64,000 nt of DNA from Candidatus Calditenuis fumarioli. Lineage in GTDB: Archaea; Thermoproteota; Nitrososphaeria_A; Caldarchaeales; Calditenuaceae. Made by a program: the position numbers and the translations under genes. Shown here piece by piece: positions 56,964 through 64,000 of the stretch. Below the pieces are notes generated by a model. The model was not told the origin of the DNA, made no database searches, and saw nothing but the letters and a program-made list of their open reading frames with translations. Within the stretch, counting starts at the first letter, position 1; each line of letters starts with the position of its first letter. The stretch spans positions 448,001-512,000 of the forward strand of contig JANVYR010000001.1 of NCBI GenBank assembly GCA_030059665.1. Reading direction: 5' to 3'.

Positions 56964-57713
56964 CTAAGGCTCGACTTGCGAGGGCGAGTTCAGCTCTATC
57001 AGCCTGTAGATCCTCTCCCTCATCACGTCTCTGTCCTGCAGGCCCTCCACCCTTATGTCTGCGAGGACCTTCGCGGGCCTCCCGAAGACTATGATCCGGT
57101 CGGTGGACTCGAGGGCCTCCCTGAGGTTATGCGTCACGAATAGCGTCGTTATCCCCTCCTTCCTCACGAGCTCGAGGAAGTCAGCGCGGAGCTTGCTGGA
57201 GGTGACCTCGTCGAGGTGCCCGAAGGCCTCGTCCAGCAGAATGACCTCCGGCTCGAGCACCAGAGCTCTTGCCAGCGCCACCCTCTGCCGCATACCGCCG
57301 CTGAGCTGGTGTGGGTAGTAGTTGTAGAAGCTCCCGAGGCCGAGGGCGTCGAGCCATCTCTTTGCGCGTGAGATCTGCTCCGACTTCGGCACGCCGAGGA
57401 TCTCCAGCCCCAGCCTCACGTTGTCCAGCGCGGTCCTCCAGGGGAAGAGCCTGTCCTCCTGGAAGACGGCCGCTATCCTCCCCCGGAAGTGCATGAAGTC
57501 CCTGTAGGGCTCCCTGCCGTCTATCAGAACCCTCCCCGAGGTGGGGGTCTCTATGCCCATGACGATCCTGAGGAAGGTGGATTTGCCGCACCCGGTCGAC
57601 CCGACGATGCCCACGACCTCCCCGTCCCGAACGTCGAAGTCCAGGTGCTCTATCGCGACCGTGTAGCCACCCGATCCATGATAGACCTTCCTCAGGTTGT
57701 CGACCTCGATCAT
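56964..57713 (-). CDS. NitT/TauT-family ABC transporter ATP-binding subunit
   Basis: GSTGCGKST, FQEDRLFPWRTALDNV, YPHQLSGGMRQR, LLDEAF. Start refined to ATG 57713. Confidence 0.92.
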   Translation of the reverse strand: MIEVDNLRKVYHGSGGYTVAIEHLDFDVRDGEVVGIVGSTGCGKSTFLRIVMGIETPTSGRVLIDGREPYRDFMHFRGRIAAVFQEDRLFPWRTALDNVRLGLEILGVPKSEQISRAKRWLDALGLGSFYNYYPHQLSGGMRQRVALARALVLEPEVILLDEAFGHLDEVTSSKLRADFLELVRKEGITTLFVTHNLREALESTDRIIVFGRPAKVLADIRVEGLQDRDVMRERIYRLIELNSPSQVEP

Positions 57714-58483
57714 CTCCTCCACCTCAGCGCCCACGACTCGATCAGGTACACGAGCCCCTGGAGGGCCAGCAGCGACGCGACGAGCACGACGGTCCACGCC
57801 ATGATCTCGCGTATGCTGAGGTTGCCGAGGGCGAAGTTGAGCGCGTACCCTACACCGGTCAGCGTCCCCACGAGCTCCGCCACGGTCACGACCCTTATCC
57901 CAAGCCCGAGGTTCACCTTCCACGTGGTCAGGACGTTCGGTAGGATCGATGGGAAGATCAGCTTCCTCAGGAGCTGGTACCTGGTGGGTCTGAAGACGAG
58001 CATGACCTCTCTGAGCTGATACGGTACTGATTTGATCCCGTCGAGGATGTCGATGGTGTAGCCCGGCATGCAGACCGCGAAGAGGACGAAGAAGACCCTG
58101 AACTCCTGCTCCCTGAACCAGAGTATCGCGAACAGGACCCAGCAGATCGCGGGAACTGCCATGACCAGCGAGACGATCGGCATCAGGTAGCGCTCCGCGC
58201 GCTTGGAGAGGTACATGATCGTGGCCAGCGCGAGGCCCGCTGCGAACGACGCCAGAAGAGCGACCGCAACCCGCAGGAGCGTGACGTAAACGTGGACGAA
58301 GTTGAGGTTCAGGATCGTCTCGAAGACCGCCTCCAGCGGGGGGAGCACGTATCCCGGCAGTACCCTGGAGAGCGCCTCCCAGATCACGAGCATCACGACG
58401 AGCGAGATGACGTAGTCCTTCCACGTCCCCACCCTCCTCATGAGCCGCTGGGCCGCCCTCTCGGAGGACTCGACGACAGCCAT
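57710..58483 (-). CDS. NitT/TauT-family ABC transporter permease
   Basis: TLLRV...G..., P..CW.LFAILWF, LIFPSILP, VAELVG..TGVG. Confidence 0.88.
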   Translation of the reverse strand: MAVVESSERAAQRLMRRVGTWKDYVISLVVMLVIWEALSRVLPGYVLPPLEAVFETILNLNFVHVYVTLLRVAVALLASFAAGLALATIMYLSKRAERYLMPIVSLVMAVPAICWVLFAILWFREQEFRVFFVLFAVCMPGYTIDILDGIKSVPYQLREVMLVFRPTRYQLLRKLIFPSILPNVLTTWKVNLGLGIRVVTVAELVGTLTGVGYALNFALGNLSIREIMAWTVVLVASLLALQGLVYLIESWALRWRR

Positions 58484-58751
58484 CCCACCGGTCAGCGACG
58501 CGGGTCGCTATAATAGAGTTGACACCCTTCCCTCTTCTTTCATCTTTGCGCCCATTAGCACGGATTGTGCTGGAACTCCTCGGTCCGTCTTCAGCCCACG
58601 TGGCTGAGAAGCCTTCGCAACGACCACGAGCGGATCGGCGGGGTCGCCGACGAGGCGGTTCTGCTGGCGGTGAAGTACCGGGAGGACGCGGTCACCGACT
58701 TCATACCCGACGCCTTAAATAACCGGGTGGTGACGCACGGGCCGGTGGGGG

Positions 58752-59036
58752 GTGATGGCCTCCGCCCAAGGAACTTGGGAGGAGAGGAGGGCAAGGATAG
58801 CCCAGATCCTCGAGACGGTGGTGAACGACAACACCACGCCCAGGAACGTGAGGAAGGCGGTGAAGGAGGCCATGGACGAGCTCTTCAACGAGCGCTACTC
58901 TCCCTCCGTCAGGGCGGCCAACGCGATCGAGAAGATTGAGGAAGTCCTCTCGGACGGAAACATCCCCTCCTTCACCAGGACCCAGCTCTGGCTCGCGATC
59001 TCGCTGCTGGAGTCCATCAAGGCCGGTCAGTACTGA
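58752..59036 (+). CDS. UPF0147 family protein
   Basis: V.ND.T.PRNVR....E......S..VRAA.AI..IEE...D.NIP.FTRT.LW..IS.LES. Confidence 0.85.
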   Translation: MMASAQGTWEERRARIAQILETVVNDNTTPRNVRKAVKEAMDELFNERYSPSVRAANAIEKIEEVLSDGNIPSFTRTQLWLAISLLESIKAGQY

Positions 59037-59086
59037 GGTGTCTCCGGGCTGTGGGGATCACGCCTCCCAGTAGCCTGAGGTTCGGT

Positions 59087-59260
59087 TCAGGACCCGCGAC
59101 CGAGGGCGGAGACCAGTAGAGGTGCCGAGCTGATCACGATGGCCACCGCTCCCCAGCTCACCATCGAACTTTCTCCGGTGATCCAGCCTCCGAGTATCAG
59201 GCCAGTCCCTATCCCCGCCAGCAGGAAGAAGAGCAGCACCCCGAGGACCGAGTACCCCAT
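59087..59260 (-). CDS. 57-aa two-TM membrane protein (MGYSVLGVLLFFLLAGIGTGLILGGWITGESSMVSWGAVAIVISSAPLLVSALGRGS); not in ORF track
   Basis: ATG at 59260, TGA at 59087-59089; two hydrophobic helices. Confidence 0.55.
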   Translation of the reverse strand: MGYSVLGVLLFFLLAGIGTGLILGGWITGESSMVSWGAVAIVISSAPLLVSALGRGS

Positions 59261-59407
59261 GCCGCCCCAAGGAGGAGAACCCCGGAGGTATTTGTCGGTA
59301 ACGCGCGGGTGACCCGTTGATCGCGAACTGCAGCGAGCCGGTGACCAGTCCAGCGGGACCGGAGCCGAACGCCAGGGTGTCTCAGCAATAGACCAATATA
59401 CGGACCG

Positions 59408-61630
59408 GTGGTAGTTCGATCGGTCATGACGCAGAAGAAGGGTGTGCAGCTCAGGGTCGCGGAGGCGAAGCAGCGGGACATCGGCATGAGGATCGCCAGG
59501 ATCGACAACGCCGTCCTGAGGGAACTCAACCTATCTCCGGGGGACCTGATCGAGATAACCGGAAAGAAGTCGACGGTCGCGAAGTGCTGGCCCGCGTACA
59601 GGGACGACGAGGGCCAGAGGATGATCCGCATCGACAGCGAGATCCGGAGGAACGCGGGCGTCAACGTGGGAGATTACGTGACCGTCACGAAGGCCGAGAG
59701 CGTGAAGGGCGTGAAGGTCGTGCTGGCGCCGTATGAAAACCTCCCGATATACGGAGACATCTCGAGGATCGTGAAGCAGCAGTTGCTCAACCTCCCCGTC
59801 GCGAGGGGTGACACCGTCATCATTCCGATCCTGGGGATGGGGCTTGAGCTGAAGGTGGTCCAGACCGTCCCGAAGAACTACGTCTTCGTCACCGAGGACA
59901 CGGTGGTCGAGGTCTCCACGACGCCCGTCGCAAGGACCGAGGAGGTCGGTGGGGTCACCTACGAGGACATAGGCGGCCTGGCGAACGAGCTGCAGCGGAT
60001 CCGTGAGATGGTGGAGCTTCCGCTGAAGCACCCGGAGCTCTTCAGGCACCTGGGCATCGAGCCCCCGAAGGGCGTGATCCTCTACGGACCGCCGGGCACA
60101 GGCAAGACGCTGATCGCCAAGGCCCTAGCCAACGAGACCGGAGCGAGGTTCTTCAGCATCAACGGGCCCGAGATCATGAGCAAGTTCTACGGCGAGAGCG
60201 AGGCGAGGCTCAGGGAGATCTTCGCGGAGGCTGAGCGGAACGCCCCGAGCATCATCTTCATCGACGAGCTCGACGCGATAGCACCGAAGAGGAGCGAGGT
60301 GACGGGTGAGGTAGAGCGGAGGGTTGTCTCGCAGCTTCTGACGCTGATGGACGGTCTGAAGTCCCGAGGTCAGGTGGTGGTGATAGGCGCTACCAACAGG
60401 CTGGACGCGATAGACCCGGCGCTGAGGAGACCGGGGAGGTTCGACAGGGAGATCAGGATCGGTGTGCCAGACAGGAACGGGAGGAAGGAGATCCTCCAGA
60501 TTCACACGAGGAGGATGCCTCTCGCGGAGGACGTGAACCTCGACGAGCTGGCCGACATCACGCACGGTTTCACCGGCGCTGACATTGCGGCACTGTGCAG
60601 GGAGGCGGCGATGAACGCGCTGAGGAGGTTCCTCCCGAAGATCGACCTGGAGAAGGACGTCATACCTGCGGAGGTGCTGGAGGAGCTGAAGGTCACCCGC
60701 GAAGACTTCATGGCGGCCCTCAAGCTGGTCCAGCCGTCGGCCCTGAGGGAGGTGGTCCTGGAGATACCCAACGTGACGTGGGACATGGTCGGCGACCTCG
60801 AGGAGGCGAAGCAGGAGCTGAGGGAGGCGGTGGAGTGGCCGCTGAAGTACCCCGAGCTCTTCAAGCGCCTCGGCATCAGGCCCGTCAAGGGCATACTGCT
60901 CTACGGCCCGCCGGGGACCGGGAAGACGCTCCTCGCCAAGGCCGTTGCCACCGAGAGCGAGGCCAACTTCATCAGCGTGAAGGGCCCCGAGATCCTCTCG
61001 AAGTGGGTGGGAGAGTCGGAGAAGGCGATCAGGGAGATCTTCAGGAAGGCCCGGGAGACGGCTCCGTGCATAGTGTTCTTCGACGAGCTCGACTCGATCG
61101 CAACCAGGAGGGGAGTCCACACCGACGCGGGTGTCACGGACAGGATCGTAAATCAGCTGCTGACCGAGATGGACGGCATCCAGCCGCTGATGGGTGTCGT
61201 GGTGATAGGGGCCACCAACAGGCCCGACCTGCTGGATCCGGCCCTGCTCAGACCGGGAAGGTTCGACCGGATCATCAAGGTGCCGATACCGGACTTCAGG
61301 GCCAGGCTCGAAATCTTCAAGGTCCACACGAGGGAGATGCCGCTGGACGATGACGTGAACATAGAGAGGCTCGCACGGCTCACCGAGGGTTACACCGGTG
61401 CGGACATTGAGGCCCTCTGCAGGGAGGCCGCGCTGAACGCCGCGAGGGAGTTCACCAGCTCCGTCGCCGGCCGGAAGTTGACGGAGGAGGAGCTGAAGAA
61501 CGTGAAGGTCAGCTGGAGGCACTTCGAGAAGGCGCTGGAGAAGGTGAAGCCGAGCATCACCGAGGAGACCAGGACGGCCTACGACAGGATAGAGGAGCGG
61601 ATGAAGACGTCGATGGCCTACATCAGCTGA
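59408..61630 (+). CDS. cdc48: Cdc48/VCP (VAT) AAA+ ATPase
   Basis: N domain plus two AAA modules (GPPGTGKT twice, [10 protein letters not shown]). Confidence 0.97.
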   Translation: MVVRSVMTQKKGVQLRVAEAKQRDIGMRIARIDNAVLRELNLSPGDLIEITGKKSTVAKCWPAYRDDEGQRMIRIDSEIRRNAGVNVGDYVTVTKAESVKGVKVVLAPYENLPIYGDISRIVKQQLLNLPVARGDTVIIPILGMGLELKVVQTVPKNYVFVTEDTVVEVSTTPVARTEEVGGVTYEDIGGLANELQRIREMVELPLKHPELFRHLGIEPPKGVILYGPPGTGKTLIAKALANETGARFFSINGPEIMSKFYGESEARLREIFAEAERNAPSIIFIDELDAIAPKRSEVTGEVERRVVSQLLTLMDGLKSRGQVVVIGATNRLDAIDPALRRPGRFDREIRIGVPDRNGRKEILQIHTRRMPLAEDVNLDELADITHGFTGADIAALCREAAMNALRRFLPKIDLEKDVIPAEVLEELKVTREDFMAALKLVQPSALREVVLEIPNVTWDMVGDLEEAKQELREAVEWPLKYPELFKRLGIRPVKGILLYGPPGTGKTLLAKAVATESEANFISVKGPEILSKWVGESEKAIREIFRKARETAPCIVFFDELDSIATRRGVHTDAGVTDRIVNQLLTEMDGIQPLMGVVVIGATNRPDLLDPALLRPGRFDRIIKVPIPDFRARLEIFKVHTREMPLDDDVNIERLARLTEGYTGADIEALCREAALNAAREFTSSVAGRKLTEEELKNVKVSWRHFEKALEKVKPSITEETRTAYDRIEERMKTSMAYIS

Positions 61631-61669
61631 CGGTGAGTTCGGAGTGAGGGCAGGTCAGGTGCGCGTGAC

Positions 61670-61954
61670 TTGGTCAGGGTGAGCTGGCAGGAGATCTCGA
61701 GGGCTCTCAGAGAGCTGCTCTTCGGTTTCTTCCTCTACTCCCTTTACCAGCAGGTCCTTCACACCAAGGCGAAGTACGAGGACATGTTCTACGCGCTGCT
61801 GATGGCCGAGTTCCTCGGGTTCCCGATGACGACCAACTACTACACGCTCAGGTTGCTCCCCTTCGTGGTCGAGGAGCTGGAGCGGACGAGGCTTAAGCTC
61901 TTGCGTGAGGTGGACCTCTTGGAGCTGTTGCACGAGGGCCCGGGAGTTCACTGA
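61670..61954 (+). CDS. Small conserved-looking protein resembling the 'cory-CC-star' (CstA-associated) family
   Basis: EDMF..LLMAEFLG.P...NYYTL.LLP.V.E pattern, recalled from that family and not verified. Confidence 0.45.
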   Translation: MVRVSWQEISRALRELLFGFFLYSLYQQVLHTKAKYEDMFYALLMAEFLGFPMTTNYYTLRLLPFVVEELERTRLKLLREVDLLELLHEGPGVH

Positions 61955-62742
61955 AGGAGCTCGCGGAGCGCCTCATCGAGGCCCATTGTTGGCAGGCCCT
62001 CAACTCCCGAGGGCATCGAGCCCGCATCAACGATCGGCACGTCCCTCCTCCACTCCGCCAATTTCTTGAGCGTCCTCGCAGCCACGAGGAGCTTCCGTGA
62101 CTTCCTCTCCTCCCAGTTGCCCGACTTCGACTTCCCGATCGAGGAGAGCCTGCTGACGCCGCAGGTGAGGCACATGCCCAGCAGGACGACTGCCCTGGCT
62201 CCGAGCGCGACCGAGACGTACGCTGCCCTGTCGCCGTCGGTGAAGCCGCCGAAGTTGTGAACGTGTCCAACAGGCCGGGGGACCTGGGTGGTGGGCTCGA
62301 TCCTGTCTCCGAGCAGAGGCAGGGTTTCCCTGAGCGCGCCGATGTTGTCGCCGTGAGCGTGGACGAAGAGGAGGCTTCCGGACCTCGAGGCCCTCAGGAG
62401 CGCATCGACGGGGCCGTCCAGATCGGTCACGACGACGTCCGGGACTATCCCCCTTGAGAGGACGAGCGGTGTCGCGGTGTCGGCCACCACGAGGAAGGCC
62501 CTCCCCTCCCAGAGGGTTTGAAGGGAGAACAGGTGTTCGAGGTCGCGGAGGACGCTCTCTGACGCTCCGATCACGATCGCCACTTTACCCCCGAACTTCC
62601 TCCTCGCGTCCGGAAGGAGGCAGGGCCTGTAACGGAAGGCCTCCAAGGGGAGATCCAGAGCCATCCTGTCGGCCGACTCATCGATCCCTAGGAACTCCGT
62701 TATCCAGCGGTACTCGTCGCTCCAGAAAGGGGGCTCATCCAT
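61948..62742 (-). CDS. mptE: 6-hydroxymethylpterin diphosphokinase MptE (DUF115)
   Basis: PDVVVTDLDG, VHAHGDN, PTTQ, NFGGFTDGDRA. Confidence 0.88.
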   Translation of the reverse strand: MDEPPFWSDEYRWITEFLGIDESADRMALDLPLEAFRYRPCLLPDARRKFGGKVAIVIGASESVLRDLEHLFSLQTLWEGRAFLVVADTATPLVLSRGIVPDVVVTDLDGPVDALLRASRSGSLLFVHAHGDNIGALRETLPLLGDRIEPTTQVPRPVGHVHNFGGFTDGDRAAYVSVALGARAVVLLGMCLTCGVSRLSSIGKSKSGNWEERKSRKLLVAARTLKKLAEWRRDVPIVDAGSMPSGVEGLPTMGLDEALRELLQ

Positions 62743-63622
62743 TCCCCAGCAGGGCCCTCGCCTCGTGGAGGCGGCCCCTGTAAACCGCGAGCATGTCGTA
62801 GTCGTGCAGGCTCTCGACGCTCCTCATCCTGACCGTTACGCGGTCGTCCGGGTGGAGGTGACCGAGCTCCCTGACGATCGACGAGACGACCTCCCGCACC
62901 GCGTCCTCGATGAAGACGGGTTTCGTGACGGCCCTCATGACCACCTCCGCCTCGTCGAGCCTCTTCAGTCCGGGGTAAGCGGGGGAGCTCATGGAGTCGC
63001 GCAGCATCCGTGTGAGGGAGCTGAGCGGCACCGACTCTTCGGGCCTGAGCGAGACCGAGAGCTCGGCGATGGTCCGCTGCATGTGCGTCGCGGTGTAGTC
63101 CCTACCCTCCTCGCCGGTGAGGGCCTGGATGACGCTTTTGGCGCAGGGGCACGCGGTCACCCCAGCCACCCTGACGCTCACGACCTTACGGACGGGCCGA
63201 ACGACACCGTCCCTCACGGAGGTCGCCGTAACCCTGACGCGCGAGGTCAGGTAGACGGCCCTTCCGGTGATCGGAGAGGTGGTCGGCTCGAAGAGCCTAG
63301 CGGTGATGACGACGTCGGACCTTTCGCACCCGAGGTCCCGCTCGAGGACCGCCACCGAGAGCTCCGTCGCCATCTGGTCTAGCCCCCAGGACCTCCGATC
63401 GTTGGTGAGCTGGAGGATGGCTTCGTAGACCCTGCTCGCGTGGATCCCCCTCCTGTCCGGGGGGAGGCTGAGGAAGGCAGAAATCTTGACGTCCTGGAGC
63501 ACCTCGCCGTCGCCGCCCGTGCTCAGCAGGGGCACCGTGACGCCCTCGACCCCAACGAGGTTAATTCTGAGCCTTACGCGCGGCCTCTCCGACTGCGGGT
63601 CTGGGAGCCTCAACCTCCTCAA
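62735..63622 (-). CDS. mptA: GTP cyclohydrolase MptA/FolE2 family
   Basis: LPDPQ, GIHASR, GVTACPCA, THMQR, LKR.DE..V, F.ED.VR, ES.H..D. Confidence 0.88.
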   Translation of the reverse strand: MRRLRLPDPQSERPRVRLRINLVGVEGVTVPLLSTGGDGEVLQDVKISAFLSLPPDRRGIHASRVYEAILQLTNDRRSWGLDQMATELSVAVLERDLGCERSDVVITARLFEPTTSPITGRAVYLTSRVRVTATSVRDGVVRPVRKVVSVRVAGVTACPCAKSVIQALTGEEGRDYTATHMQRTIAELSVSLRPEESVPLSSLTRMLRDSMSSPAYPGLKRLDEAEVVMRAVTKPVFIEDAVREVVSSIVRELGHLHPDDRVTVRMRSVESLHDYDMLAVYRGRLHEARALLGNG

Positions 63623-63725
63623 GCATCTGCGACCTATTCAAAAACGGTAGCCCAATTCAGCGGCCCGTAGGTCCGAGAAAACGCTAAAATCACGGTATGA
63701 TGCGATCCGGGGCCCAACTCCTCGA

Positions 63726-64000
63726 TCACGGGTAGGTCCTGCTGGGCGTGCGGGGGAAGAGGGATGCGACCCTTACACTCGGGAGGTCGAGTATCCACTT
63801 CAGGACCCGCTCGACGCCCATCCCGAATCCGGCGTGGGGGACGGATCCGTATCTCCTCAGGTCGAGGTACCAGGCGTAATCGTCCGGGTTGAGGCCGTTC
63901 TCCCTTATTCTCTGCATAAGCTCCTCCAGGTCGTCGATCCTCACGCCGGACCCGACGATCTCGCCGTTGCCCCTGGGAGCCAGAAGGTCGGCGCTCAGCG
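63726..64000 (-). CDS. asnS: Asparaginyl-tRNA synthetase, C-terminal part (5' end beyond window)
   Basis: ADLLAP.G.GEIVGSG.R, WYLDLRRYGSVPHAGFGMGVER, FPRTP. Confidence 0.88.
   Translation of the reverse strand, partial: LSADLLAPRGNGEIVGSGVRIDDLEELMQRIRENGLNPDDYAWYLDLRRYGSVPHAGFGMGVERVLKWILDLPSVRVASLFPRTPSRTYP

Noticed and set aside
58519-58750. Protein-like stretch (RNDHERIGGVADEAVLLAVKYREDAVTDFIPD) upstream of UPF0147
   Set aside because: No coherent start/stop frame or family assignment; at most a possible pseudogene fragment.
835-63670. Numerous long antisense or alternate-frame ORFs in the track (e.g. 835-1821, 21172-22107, 60125-61522)
   Set aside because: Shadow ORFs caused by high GC3 on the real genes; Arg/Gly/Pro-rich with no motifs.

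Overview
GC-rich archaeal chromosome segment. The gene set points to a thermophilic TACK-group organism, Aigarchaeota/Caldarchaeales-like (inference, not verified). Most of the window is housekeeping: a convergent ESCRT-III (CdvB)/Vps4 (CdvC) pair, an Fe-S scaffold, PINA ATPase, sfsA, a PiT/DUF47 phosphate module, rps11, metG, sod, moaA, tmk, csl4-rpoL, thiL, the archaeal CoA operon (pok-pps-panB), htpX-secE-spt5, a complete trpEGDCFBA operon, pyrBI, cdc48, mptA/mptE, a partial asnS, and tRNA-Cys, -Gly and -Lys. The accessory part (about 42-57 kb) holds a 5-repeat CRISPR array and a Sulfolobus-Csm-like type III-D effector operon (csm2, several Cas7 RAMPs, HD+GGDD Cas10, Cas5) with Csx1 and an SSO1393-like ring nuclease; no cas1, cas2 or cas6 is present in the window. 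The best novelty candidates are: (1) a degenerate two-repeat, one-spacer mini-array with its own TATA-like element, wedged between tRNA-Lys and the type III operon (possible regulatory crRNA-like RNA); (2) a GcvH-like/TusA fusion whose lipoyl lysine is replaced by Arg; (3) a 37-aa six-Cys zinc-finger microprotein missed by the ORF track; (4) a metG whose frame has no canonical start upstream of its HIGH signature; (5) a decayed CRISPR-repeat pair 29 kb from the array; (6) a START-domain/degenerate site-2-protease fusion. All family assignments come from motifs read by eye; no database searches were run.
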